This document shows, in pieces, positions 1 through 11,190 of a stretch of DNA of 64,000 nt. Source of the stretch: Polyangiales bacterium (GTDB taxonomy: Bacteria > Myxococcota_A > Polyangia > Polyangiales > JADJQN01); the NCBI GenBank assembly GCA_964202905.1, contig CAXNJO010000001.1, positions 160,001 through 224,000 of the forward strand. The letters run 5' to 3'. Positions within the stretch are counted from its first letter, which is position 1. Each line of letters starts with the position of its first letter. Both the position numbers and the translations under genes were made by a program. The notes under the pieces were generated by a model. The model was given only the letters and a program-made list of their open reading frames with translations, had not been told where the DNA came from and searched no databases.

Positions 1-135
1 CCCGCCCGCGCGAACGGCTGGGACTACTCGGACGACGGCGCGCAGATCGTGCTGCACGGCGCCGCCTGCGACGACGCGCGCGCGACGGACGGCCGCGTCG
101 AGGTGCAGTTCGGTTGCCCGACGGTGTTTCTCTGA
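1..135 (+). CDS. 3' end of a myxobacterial VWA-type lipoprotein (partial)
   Basis: Frame 1 reads ...NGWDYSDDGAQIVLHGAACDDARATDGRVEVQFGCPTVFL*. This resembles the C-terminal module of 38638..39909 (NGWYY...CPAACD...VQFGC). Confidence 0.7.
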   Translation, partial: PARANGWDYSDDGAQIVLHGAACDDARATDGRVEVQFGCPTVFL

Positions 136-248
136 CCTGACTGTGGAGTCAGGATCGCGGCGCGATCACGGACTCTTGCGTCAGGAGTCGGCGCGGCGCT
201 CCGCGGCCCGAGGCGGGCGCTCGGTGCGGGATCGAGCGTTCGTGAGGC

Positions 249-2267
<2,019 letters not shown>

Positions 2268-2394
2268 CGGAGCCGCAGACTATACGCCGAGACCGCGCCG
2301 CGCCCGCGAACGCTTGGTGACACGCGCGCCCGCGCACCGCGGCGCTGCATGCGCCGCGCTTGCCCCGCACGCCCGAGACGACGATGCTGCGCCG

Positions 2395-2625
2395 ATGGCC
2401 CGCTTCACCGTCGGCTCGCTGCGCGGCATCCCGCAGGGCCGCGCCGCCCTCCCGCCCCACGCGGCGCGCTCGCCCTCCGCGCTCGGCGCGCTCGCGCAGC
2501 GGCTCGAGGCCGCGGGCGCGACGGGCATGCCGCGGGCGCGGCGCTGCTGCCGGTCGGGCTGCGCGGGCTGCCCGTGGACGGAGGCGCAGCGGCTGCTGCG
2601 GGCGCGGGCCTCGGACCGCGTTTGA
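2395..2625 (+). CDS. Small Cys-motif protein (CCxSGCxxCP; oxidoreductase-like/DUF5522-like)
   Basis: ATG 2395, 76 aa, CCRSGCAGCPW motif, directly upstream of tolQ. Confidence 0.55.
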   Translation: MARFTVGSLRGIPQGRAALPPHAARSPSALGALAQRLEAAGATGMPRARRCCRSGCAGCPWTEAQRLLRARASDRV

Positions 2626-2660
2626 CACCGCGGATCGCCCGTGGTCCAACCCGGGCGGCC

Positions 2661-3437
2661 ATGGACGACGTCCTCTACGCGAACCTCGTGACCCTGCAGG
2701 TGGCGACCCCCGGGGGCGCGGGCGCGGCCCACGGGCAGCTCGACCCGTGGCAGCTCGTGCTCGACGCCTCGCCCGTCGTGAAGATCGTGATGCTCGTGCT
2801 CGTGCTCATGAGCGTGTCGTGCTGGTTCATCATCGGCGGCAAGCTCGTGCAGCTCCTCCGCGCGAGCGCGCAGAGTGCCCGTTTTCTGGGCATTTTCTGG
2901 GACAAGACGCAGGGCACGGCCTGGACGACGGAGCGCCTCGAGGGCGTCTACGCGCAGGCCCGCCCGCTCGAGGGCTCGCCGCTCGCGCGGGTCTTTCACG
3001 CGGGCTACGTGGAGCTCGCGCGCGTCACGGAGAGCGCCGACACGACGCTGCCCACGCAGCCCGCGCTGCACGGGGACCTCGACAACGTCGAGCGCGCCCT
3101 GCGCCGCGCTTCGAACAACGAGGTCACGCTCCTCGAGAACCTGCTGCCCGTGCTCGCGACGACGGGCTCGGTCGCGCCCTTCATCGGGCTCCTCGGCACG
3201 GTGTGGGGCGTGATGAACTCGTTCATCGGCATCGGAAACCTCGGCAACGCGAGCCTCGCCGTCGTCGCGCCCGGCATCGCGGAGGCGCTCATCGCGACGG
3301 CCATCGGCCTCGCCGCCGCGATCCCGGCGGTGATCGCCTACAACTACTTCCTCCGCCGCATCCGCGTGCTCGAGAGCGAGATGGAAGCCTTCGCGAGCGA
3401 CTACCTCAACATCGTCCGCCGCCACTTCCTCGGCTGA
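2661..3437 (+). CDS. tolQ: TolQ (MotA/TolQ/ExbB proton channel)
   Basis: LATTGSVAPFIGLLGTVWGVMNSF and APGIAEALIATAIGLAAAIPAVIAYN; real start ATG 2661 inside the 714..3437 ORF. Confidence 0.93.
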   Translation: MDDVLYANLVTLQVATPGGAGAAHGQLDPWQLVLDASPVVKIVMLVLVLMSVSCWFIIGGKLVQLLRASAQSARFLGIFWDKTQGTAWTTERLEGVYAQARPLEGSPLARVFHAGYVELARVTESADTTLPTQPALHGDLDNVERALRRASNNEVTLLENLLPVLATTGSVAPFIGLLGTVWGVMNSFIGIGNLGNASLAVVAPGIAEALIATAIGLAAAIPAVIAYNYFLRRIRVLESEMEAFASDYLNIVRRHFLG

Positions 3438-3444
3438 GCGCGCC

Positions 3445-3882
3445 ATGGGCATGGGCAGCGGAGGGAACGGCGGCCGACGCGCGCCGCTCAGCGAGATCAA
3501 CGTGACCCCGATGGTCGACGTGATGCTCGTGCTGCTGATCATCTTCATGGTCTCGGCGCCGATGCTCACGACGGGCGTCGACGTCGATCTGCCGAGCGCG
3601 CGCGCGCCGGCGATGGCGCTCGATCAGGAGAAGTTGCTGCTGACGGTGACCGACGACGAGAAGGTCTACCTCGGCGAGACGGAGGTCCCCTACGACCGCC
3701 TCGAGGCCGCGCTCACGTCGAACGCGCGGCTCCAGCAGGAGAAGGAGCTCTACGTGCAGGCCGACGAGGCCGCGCGCTACGGCTTCGTCGTCAAGGTGCT
3801 CGCGATCGTGCGGCGCGCGGGCATCGAGAAGCTCGGCCTCGTCACGGATCCGGTCGGCGAGGCCGACGCGCCCGCCGAGTGA
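3445..3882 (+). CDS. tolR: TolR (ExbD/TolR)
   Basis: SEINVTPMVDVMLVLLIIFMV motif; follows tolQ. Confidence 0.93.
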   Translation: MGMGSGGNGGRRAPLSEINVTPMVDVMLVLLIIFMVSAPMLTTGVDVDLPSARAPAMALDQEKLLLTVTDDEKVYLGETEVPYDRLEAALTSNARLQQEKELYVQADEAARYGFVVKVLAIVRRAGIEKLGLVTDPVGEADAPAE

Positions 3883-4700
3883 GGGAGCGCGCCTTGTACG
3901 TCCACGCCGACGACGTCGCCCCGCCCTCGCTGCTCGCCGGCCGCCCGCTCGGGGCGCGCGCGCTCGTCGCAGGGCTCGCGCTCGCGCTCGGCTCGCACCT
4001 GGTGCTGCCGCTGCTCGTCGCGCTCGCGTTCGTGGCCGCGGGCGCGCTCGGCAGCGGGGAGCCCGCGGCGCGCACGCCGCTCGACGAGCGCGAGGTGGTG
4101 GTGGCGCATTTCCTCGAGAAAGGCGTGCATTTCGACCCGCGGCGGCTGCCGAACCGCCGCGTGAACCGGCTCTCGACGGCGCCGCCCCCCGATCAGGTCG
4201 CCGTCTCGCGCACCCCCGAGCCGCACGCCCCGCAGGAGCGTCCGGACATGGGCCCCGCGCCCGAGAACGCGCAGGTCGCGGCGCTGTTGAACATCGGCGA
4301 CCGCGCGCAGATCTTCGCGGAGCTCGCGGCGGAGGTCGAGCGCGAGGGCGACCCCGAGGGCGTCGAGGGCGGCTTCGAGAGCGCGCGCGAGGGCGACGCG
4401 TACCTCGGGCAGTTCGTAATGTTCTTCCGGCGCGGCTGGTCGACGCCGACGGTCATCGACGCCGAGACGCTCGCGGGCCTCAGCGCGACGGTGGACGTCG
4501 CGATCGACGCGGAGGGCCGGATCACGGGCGTCACGGTCGCGCAGGGGAGCGGCAACGCGCTCTTCGATCAGTCGGTGCTCGACCGGGTCGAGGCGCTGCG
4601 GAGCGCCGCCGCGACGATCCCGGAGCCGCCCGCGTCCGTGCGCGATCAGTACCTCGGGCGCGCGCGCAGCGTGCGCTTCAACGGGCGCGACGCGCGCTGA
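3879..4700 (+). CDS. tolA: TolA/TonB C-terminal-domain energy transducer
   Basis: TM anchor with SH motif, Pro-rich linker, C-terminal ...IDAEGRI...SGNALFDQSV; GTGA overlap with tolR. Confidence 0.75.
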   Translation: MRERALYVHADDVAPPSLLAGRPLGARALVAGLALALGSHLVLPLLVALAFVAAGALGSGEPAARTPLDEREVVVAHFLEKGVHFDPRRLPNRRVNRLSTAPPPDQVAVSRTPEPHAPQERPDMGPAPENAQVAALLNIGDRAQIFAELAAEVEREGDPEGVEGGFESAREGDAYLGQFVMFFRRGWSTPTVIDAETLAGLSATVDVAIDAEGRITGVTVAQGSGNALFDQSVLDRVEALRSAAATIPEPPASVRDQYLGRARSVRFNGRDAR

Positions 4701-4728
4701 CGGCAGCGGGCACGAGGCGCGCTCGGCT

Positions 4729-6132
4729 ATGCTGCGCGCCGTGTCGACCCAACTCCCGCCGCGGCGTGCCGCGAATACGGGCGCCCCGCACGACGTCCGA
4801 GCGACCGTGCCCGCCCCCCTCGCCTCCCGCCGCGCCGTCCGCGCCGTCTTCGCCTCGCTGATCGTCTCGCTCGTCGCGCTCGCCGCGGCGCCCTTCGGGG
4901 GCGGCCCCGCGCGCGGCCAGGATCGCGGCGCCCCCGACGCGGGGCTGCCGGAGCGCGGCCCGGTCATCGACGTCGATGCGCCCGAGCGCGCGCTCTACAA
5001 GATCGCGATCCCGCAGCTGCTCGGCGACTCGGGGCTCGGCGCGCAGGGCGCGGAGGTGCTGCGCCGCGACCTCGCGCTCGTGTCGCTGTTCACGATCCTC
5101 GACGCGCGCTCGTTCCTCGCGGACCCGGCGCGCGAGGGGCTCGGCCTCGCGCCCGCGTCGTGGACATCCGTCGGCGCGCAGGGCGTGATCAAGGGTGAGA
5201 TCCGCGGCACGGGCGGCGCGCTCACCGTCGAGATGCGCTTCTTCGAGCTCGCCCGCGGCGCGGACGCGACGCTCACGAAGACCTATCAGGGCGGGCCCGG
5301 CGAGCTGCGCGGCTTCATGCACGACTTCGCGAACGAGGTGCTGCGCGTGCTCACCGGGCAGGCGGGCGCGTTCGGCACGCGGCTCACCTTCGCGCGGCGC
5401 GTCGGGCCCGGGCGCAAGGACGTGTACGTCGCGGACTTCGACGGCGAGGGCGTCGGGCGCGTGTCGAGCGGCGCGGGCGTCGCGATGCTGCCGGCGTTCG
5501 GGCCGGGCGGCGTCTGGTACTCGGTGCTCACGAAGCGCGGGATGTTCATCACGCGCACCGGGCGCGACGAGCAGCCCGTGATCGCGGGCGACGGCATGAA
5601 CATGGGCGTCACGTTCTGCGGCGCGCGCGCGCTCTTCTCGTCGACGCGCGACGGAAACAGTGAGATTTACAGCGCCGCAGCCGATGGCAGCGACGTGCGG
5701 CGCCTGACGCGGCACCCGGGCATCGACGTCTCGCCCGCCTGCGGGCCGGGCGGCCAGGTGGCCTTCGTGAGCGACCGCAACGGCGGACCGCAGATCTTCG
5801 TGATGGACGCCAACGGCGGTGGCGCGCGGCGCGTGACCTTCCGCGGCAACCACAACCAGACGCCCGCGTGGTGCCCGCTGCCCGGCAAGAACCTGCTCGC
5901 GTTCACGGGACGCGACGGCGGCATGGACGTCTTCACCGTCGACGTCGCGACGCAGCAGTACACGCGCATCACGCAGGGACAGGGGACCAACAAGGACCCG
6001 GCCTTCTCGCCCGACTGCCGGATGATCGCGTTCTCCTCGACGCGGGGCGGCATCTTCCTCAGCAGCCCCGAGGGACAGAACCAGAACCTCGTCATCCCCG
6101 GGGGCGCCGAGACGATCCGCTGGTCGCGCTGA
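4729..6132 (+). CDS. tolB: TolB beta-propeller protein (start uncertain)
   Basis: TolB_N-like region (HDFANEV...GAFGTRLTF) plus PD40 repeats (AFVSDRNGGPQIFVMD, PAFSPD). Confidence 0.88.
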   Translation: MLRAVSTQLPPRRAANTGAPHDVRATVPAPLASRRAVRAVFASLIVSLVALAAAPFGGGPARGQDRGAPDAGLPERGPVIDVDAPERALYKIAIPQLLGDSGLGAQGAEVLRRDLALVSLFTILDARSFLADPAREGLGLAPASWTSVGAQGVIKGEIRGTGGALTVEMRFFELARGADATLTKTYQGGPGELRGFMHDFANEVLRVLTGQAGAFGTRLTFARRVGPGRKDVYVADFDGEGVGRVSSGAGVAMLPAFGPGGVWYSVLTKRGMFITRTGRDEQPVIAGDGMNMGVTFCGARALFSSTRDGNSEIYSAAADGSDVRRLTRHPGIDVSPACGPGGQVAFVSDRNGGPQIFVMDANGGGARRVTFRGNHNQTPAWCPLPGKNLLAFTGRDGGMDVFTVDVATQQYTRITQGQGTNKDPAFSPDCRMIAFSSTRGGIFLSSPEGQNQNLVIPGGAETIRWSR

Positions 6133-6173
6133 CACACCGCGAATCGCCCCGGAAACGTGGTACTTCGCGGGGC

Positions 6174-6659
6174 ATGGGCGCGCTCCGGATCGTCCTCGCC
6201 GACCTCGACGACGCGGCGCATGCCGCGGCCGTCGTCGACCTCGTCGATGCCTACGCGCGGGAGCCACTCGCGCGGGGCGCGCCGCTGCCGGACGATGTGC
6301 GCCTGCGGCTCGTGCCGGGGCTCCGCGCGCACGCGGGTGCGGTCGTCTTCCTCGCGTTCGAGGGCGGTGCCGCGCTGGGGATCGCGGTGTGTTTCACGGG
6401 ATTCTCGACCTTCGCGGCGCGGCCCCTGCTGAACGTGCACGACCTCGCGGTGCGGGCGGACCACCGGGGGCGCGGCGTCGGACGCGCGCTGCTCGCGGCC
6501 GCCGAGGACCACGCGCGGGCGCGCGGGTTCTGCAAGCTCACGCTCGAGGTGCAGGAGCACAACACACCGGCGCGCGCGCTCTACGCGGCCGTCGGCTTCG
6601 AGGGCTACGCGCTCGACCCGGCTGGGGGTGGCGCGCTGCTGCTGCAGAAATCACTGTGA
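6174..6659 (+). CDS. GNAT family N-acetyltransferase
   Basis: HDLAVRADHRGRGVGRALL, LTLEV...N..ARALY..GF. Confidence 0.9.
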   Translation: MGALRIVLADLDDAAHAAAVVDLVDAYAREPLARGAPLPDDVRLRLVPGLRAHAGAVVFLAFEGGAALGIAVCFTGFSTFAARPLLNVHDLAVRADHRGRGVGRALLAAAEDHARARGFCKLTLEVQEHNTPARALYAAVGFEGYALDPAGGGALLLQKSL

Positions 6660-6752
6660 GCGACGCGCGGCGCGGGAACCTCCGCGCGCGCGCAGTGTCC
6701 GAGCGCGACGGGCCACGGTGGCCCGGCCCGGGCGGGAGCCCGGCCGACGGGG

Positions 6753-7376
6753 ATGGAGGGCTCGATGGACGCGGATCCGTTCCGGACACTCGGGGTGAGC
6801 GAGGGCGCGAGCGAGCGCGAGCTGCGCGCGGCGTTCCGGGGGCTCGTGCACGCGCTGCACCCCGATCGCCGGGCCGGCGATCCGCGCGCGTCGGAGCGGC
6901 TGCGCGAGGTGGTCGCGGCCTGGGAAGCGGCCCGCGCGCGGCTGCGGGGGGGCGCGGCGGGGCGTGCAGCGCGGCGCAGGCACGCGCCCTGGGAGGCGGC
7001 GCCGCGGGCGCGGCTGCGCTACGCGTGCGGGCGCTGCGAGGACACGTTCGCGTTCGCGGGGGAGTGCCCACGCTGCGGGGTCACGCTCTGCGACGACACG
7101 GCGGGCGAAGCCCCCATCGCCGCGGACCCGGCCGAGGAGGCGCGCATCGCCGCGTTCGTGCAAACACTCGAGGCGCGGGGCGAACCGCGCGCCTCGCTGC
7201 TCGAAGCCCACGCGCCCGCGCTCACGATGGGTGGCCTCGGGCTCGCCGGCGCGCTCGCGCTCGGCGTCTACGCGCCCGTCGGCGTGATGTTCCTCGGCTA
7301 CGCGCTTTTTCTCGGCGCCGTCCACGCGCACGCGCGGCGCGACGTGCTCGCGCTCGCACGCGCCGCAGAGCGCTGA
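6753..7376 (+). CDS. J-domain protein with CxxC-CxxC zinc ribbon and C-terminal TM hairpin
   Basis: DPFRTLGV...LHPD J motif; CGRC...CPRC; hydrophobic C-terminus. Confidence 0.75.
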   Translation: MEGSMDADPFRTLGVSEGASERELRAAFRGLVHALHPDRRAGDPRASERLREVVAAWEAARARLRGGAAGRAARRRHAPWEAAPRARLRYACGRCEDTFAFAGECPRCGVTLCDDTAGEAPIAADPAEEARIAAFVQTLEARGEPRASLLEAHAPALTMGGLGLAGALALGVYAPVGVMFLGYALFLGAVHAHARRDVLALARAAER

Positions 7377-7428
7377 CGGCGGCGCGCCCGGCGATCGGGC
7401 CGAGCCGCCGCCCCGCGGGGCGCGTCGC

Positions 7429-8583
7429 CTATCCGCCGCCGAGCGCGCGCTCGACCATCCAGTACGTGGCGACGATCGCGATGAGGGCCGAGCCGCCGCG
7501 CACGATCCACGCACGGTAAAAGGCCGGCCAGCGCGCCGCGAACGCGAGCGGGCCGAGCACGAGCGCGACGACCGCGAGCTGCGCGAGCTCGATCCCGAGG
7601 TTGAACGCGAGCAGCGCGGTCACGCGCCCCGCGCGCGGCAGGACCAACTCGCGCAGCACGGACGAGAAGCCGAAGCCGTGCACGAGCCCGAAGGCGATCG
7701 CGACGGCGGGGAGGCCACGCCGGTGCTCGGGGCGCCAGAGGTTCCACACCGCGACCGCGACGATCGACGCGGCGATGGCCGTCTCGACGAGCCGCGACGG
7801 GAGCACGACGAGGTCGAGCGCCGCGGCGATCAGCGTGAGGCTGTGCCCGAGCGTGAAGCCCGTGACGACGAGCGCGACGTCACGGAGCGCGCGGCGCGTC
7901 CCCTCGCGCGCGGCGTGCTCCCCGGCGACGAGGAGCAGCGAGAGCAGGAAGAGCAGATGATCGAAGCCCGTCACGAGGTGCAGCGCGCCCTCGTGGACGA
8001 AGGTCACGATCACGTCGCCGAGGGGCCGCTCGACGGGCTCGACGCGCAGCTCGCGGCTCCGCGCGCGCAGCACGGTCGCGGTCGCGCCGTCGTCCGTCGA
8101 GAGCCGCACGACGGCCTCGTGCTGCGGGTCGTCGTCGAAGATCGCGTCGTCGCGGAGCACGAGCCGCGCCGACCCCGGCGGGCACGTGAAGCGCAATCGA
8201 ACGGACAAGAAGGGCCGCCCGTCCCGCTCGCGGAGCGTCGGCGTCTCCGCGCGCCCGTGGCACGCGCCCGCCTCCGCGCGCACGTGCAGCGCCCGCTCGA
8301 GCCAGCGCGCAGCCCGCCCTCTCTGCGCGCCGACCGCCGCGGGCGACGCGCCCTCGGCGAGGCCGAGCTCGTAGGCGACGTCCACCACGTCGATGTCCGC
8401 GAGCACGTCCGCGCCCTCCGCGGTGCGCGCGACGAAGAGATACTTGGTCGAGCCGAGGTGGGCGTGCGCGGGGGCCGCCCCCGCGAGCAGCGCGAGGCCG
8501 AGCGCGAGCGACACGGCCGGCGACGGCGCACGCGGCGACGCAGCGCGGGCGCGAGAACCGGGAGACGGGGGCGCGGTGCGCAC
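7429..8583 (-). CDS. HupE/UreJ family membrane protein with periplasmic N-domain (start uncertain)
   Basis: Signal peptide ending AHAH; HLVTGFDHLLF, TGFTLGHSLTL, FGLVHGFGF, FNLGIELAQ. Confidence 0.9.
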   Translation of the reverse strand: MRTAPPSPGSRARAASPRAPSPAVSLALGLALLAGAAPAHAHLGSTKYLFVARTAEGADVLADIDVVDVAYELGLAEGASPAAVGAQRGRAARWLERALHVRAEAGACHGRAETPTLRERDGRPFLSVRLRFTCPPGSARLVLRDDAIFDDDPQHEAVVRLSTDDGATATVLRARSRELRVEPVERPLGDVIVTFVHEGALHLVTGFDHLLFLLSLLLVAGEHAAREGTRRALRDVALVVTGFTLGHSLTLIAAALDLVVLPSRLVETAIAASIVAVAVWNLWRPEHRRGLPAVAIAFGLVHGFGFSSVLRELVLPRAGRVTALLAFNLGIELAQLAVVALVLGPLAFAARWPAFYRAWIVRGGSALIAIVATYWMVERALGGG

Positions 8584-8720
8584 GGGCGGAGTCTGCCCGC
8601 AGGCGCGGCGGGCGCGCACCCCGCCACGGAGGCTGGCCGGAATCTTGGGCGTGCATATCTGTTGATGTAGGTTCGTTTCTTACCTGCGCGAATGGCCGCG
8701 CGGCACGAAGGAGGCGGGCG

Positions 8721-9140
8721 ATGGAAGCGATCAGGCTCATGGCATCGGACCGGAACGCGGTGCGGAGATCGGCGCGCGCGCGCTGTCAGGTGGTCTCGGA
8801 GCGCGACTTCCGGCTCATCGGCGAACAGGCGCTCGACCTCTCGACGGAGGGCCTGCTGCTCGCGTGTGACGATGCCGTGCAGGTCGGCGAGCGCGTGCTG
8901 CTCTCGCTCGAGGTGCCCGGCGCGCGGACGTGGATCGACGCGGAGGCGGTCGTCGTCCGCGTGATCGAGGGCTACCGCGACGGCGACCGCGGCTACTGCG
9001 CGGGCCTGCGCTTCACCGCGATCGACTTCGACGCCTACCGCGCGCTGCGCCACGGGCTGCGCGGTGCGCCGCCCCCCGTGCCGACGCGCGCGCTGCGCAG
9101 CTTCCTCACGCTGACGAACGCGCCGGTCTTCGCGCTGTAG
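8721..9140 (+). CDS. PilZ domain protein
   Basis: RxxxR (RNAVR), DLSTEG, AVVVRV...GLRF; RBS GGAGG upstream. Confidence 0.85.
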   Translation: MEAIRLMASDRNAVRRSARARCQVVSERDFRLIGEQALDLSTEGLLLACDDAVQVGERVLLSLEVPGARTWIDAEAVVVRVIEGYRDGDRGYCAGLRFTAIDFDAYRALRHGLRGAPPPVPTRALRSFLTLTNAPVFAL

Positions 9141-9152
9141 TACCGTCCGCGG

Positions 9153-9842
9153 GTGCACCGAGGCCCCCACGCGCCCCGCCCGCTCCTGTTCCTTGCGCTC
9201 GCCCTGCCCGCGCTGCTGATCGGCCTCACGGCCACGGCCGCGCGCGCCGACGCGCAAGCGCCGCAGCCCGTCCCCGAGGGCGCCGCCGTGATCGGCGCGG
9301 CGTCCGCGACCCCGGTCGTGGTGGACACCGCGAACGTGCCGGGCCCGGCGGATGGCGTGATCGTCGCGGCGCCGGCCGGCTACGAGGGCCTCGTGGTGCT
9401 GCCGCCGCCCCCGCCCCCCGGCTACGGCCTGCCGGCCGCTGCGCCGCGCTCCGCGCCTGCGCCGACGCGCGACGGCCGCGAGGGACGCGCGCTTCGGGTG
9501 CTCGCGGAGACGGGGGGCTGGCTCCTCGGGATGGTCGCCACCGTCGCTGCGTCCGCGCTCGTCGCGAACCGCACGGACGTCGTGCGGGACCCGTCGCCGC
9601 TGCTGCTCACCTTCCTCACGGGCTACTGCGTGGTCATGCCGCTCGGCGCGTGGCTGGCGGGCAACGCGCTCGACGGGCAGGGCTCGCTCGGCTGGACGAT
9701 CTTCGGCAACGCGCTCTTCTCCGTCGTCGGCGCGGTGCTCGCCTACGAGATCACCCACGACGACGCGCTCGCCTCGCCCGCGCTCACCGCGCGCCTGCGC
9801 GGACCGCAGCCGCCGGGGCTCGCCGCGACGTTCACGTTCTGA
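9153..9842 (+). CDS. Hypothetical exported/membrane protein
   Basis: Signal peptide, Pro-rich linker, Gly-rich hydrophobic helices, C-terminal F. Confidence 0.65.
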   Translation: MHRGPHAPRPLLFLALALPALLIGLTATAARADAQAPQPVPEGAAVIGAASATPVVVDTANVPGPADGVIVAAPAGYEGLVVLPPPPPPGYGLPAAAPRSAPAPTRDGREGRALRVLAETGGWLLGMVATVAASALVANRTDVVRDPSPLLLTFLTGYCVVMPLGAWLAGNALDGQGSLGWTIFGNALFSVVGAVLAYEITHDDALASPALTARLRGPQPPGLAATFTF

Positions 9843-9913
9843 CGCCGCGACGCGCGCTCCGCGGCCAGCGCCACGAACAGCACGCACCCACGGAGCGACG
9901 GGTGCAGCCCGGA

Positions 9914-10000
9914 GACGTGCGGCGCGGGGACGTGCGGCGCGGGGACGTGCGGCGCAGGGGTGTGCGGCGCGGGGGTGTGCGGCGCAGCGACGTTCGGCGA
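9914..10000. repeat. 15-bp tandem repeat (gacgtgcggcgcggg, ~5.7 copies) between convergent genes
   Basis: Read directly from the sequence. Confidence 0.85.
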
Positions 10001-10033
10001 AAAACGCCGCGAAAACCCTGTAAAATGGGGCGT

Positions 10034-11047
10034 TCAGGCCCCCGGTCGGCCCGCGGCGGGGCGCGCCGGGGCGGGGCAGCAGTCGGGGGCGCAGGTGCCC
10101 TCGCCGAGCACGGTGAGCGCGCGGCGCGGGGCGGCCTCGACCTGCTCTCGCACCAGCTCGCGGATCGCCCCGACGAAGGCCGGGTGCGTGCCCGGCGTCG
10201 CGGCGCGCACGTAGCCGAGCCCGAGCTCCGCGGCGATCTCGCGCGCTTCCTCGTCGAGGTCCCACGCCACTTCCATGTGGTCCGAGAGGAAGCCGAGCGG
10301 CGAGACGACGACGCTCGTGACGCCCGCGGCGTGGAGCGCGCGCAGGTGATCGCCGATGTCCGGCGCGAGCCACGGCACGCTCGGCGGACCGCTGCGCGAC
10401 TGCCAGACGAGGTCGAAGTGCTCGCGCCCCACGCGCCCGGCGACGATCGCCGCGGCCGCGCGCAGCTGCGCCTCGTAGCGGCTCGTGTTCGCCATCGACA
10501 TGGGCACGCTGTGCGCGGTGAAGACGAGCGCCGCGTCGGGCGGCGCGGCAGCGAAGGCCTCGCGCACGCGGTCGGTGACCGCGTCGAGGAAGAGCGGGTG
10601 ATCGAAGAACACGCGCAGCTTGTGGAGCTCGGGCGCGCCCTCGCCGAGGGCCGCCTGCGCCCGAGCGAGGTCCTCGCGGTACGCGCGGCACCCCGAGTAG
10701 GACGAGAATGCGCTCGTGACGAAGACGAGGGCGCGGCGCACGCCGTCCGCGGCCATCTGGCGCAGCGCGTCCTCGACGAAGGGGTTCCAGTGCCGGTTGC
10801 CGAAGTAGACGGGCAGCCGCGGCCCGTGCGCGGCGAGCTCGGCCTCGAGGGCGGCGACGAGCGCGCGGTTCTGCGCCGTGATCGGCGAGACGCCGCCGAA
10901 GTGCTGGTAGTGCTCGGCCACCTCGAGCAGACGCTCGCGCGGGACGCCACGACCGCGCGTGACGTTCTCGAGGAAGGGCAGGACGTCGTCGGGCCCCTCG
11001 GGGCCGCCGAACGAGAAGACGAGCAGGGCGTCGTAGGGTGCGCTCAC
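10034..11047 (-). CDS. hemH: Ferrochelatase (actinobacterial-like, C-terminal Cys motif)
   Basis: FGGPEGPDDVLPFLENV, GGVSPI, FTAHSVP, QSRSGPP..PWLAPD, GFLSDHMEV.WDLD; start taken at GTG 11047. Confidence 0.93.
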   Translation of the reverse strand: MSAPYDALLVFSFGGPEGPDDVLPFLENVTRGRGVPRERLLEVAEHYQHFGGVSPITAQNRALVAALEAELAAHGPRLPVYFGNRHWNPFVEDALRQMAADGVRRALVFVTSAFSSYSGCRAYREDLARAQAALGEGAPELHKLRVFFDHPLFLDAVTDRVREAFAAAPPDAALVFTAHSVPMSMANTSRYEAQLRAAAAIVAGRVGREHFDLVWQSRSGPPSVPWLAPDIGDHLRALHAAGVTSVVVSPLGFLSDHMEVAWDLDEEAREIAAELGLGYVRAATPGTHPAFVGAIRELVREQVEAAPRRALTVLGEGTCAPDCCPAPARPAAGRPGA

Positions 11048-11130
11048 GGCGCGAGAGCGTAGGGCCGCCCCCCGCGCGCGACGAGCTTTCTGCGCGCACG
11101 ACGGGCGCATCCCCACGAACGGGGCGCGCG

Positions 11131-11190
11131 CGACGCACGCACGGCGGGCCCGCTACTTCGCGACGCACGCACGGCGGGCCCGCTACTTCG
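11131..11190. repeat. Perfect 30-bp tandem duplication including the stop codon of the CHAD-CYTH gene
   Basis: cgacgcacgcacggcgggcccgctacttcg x2. Confidence 0.9.
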
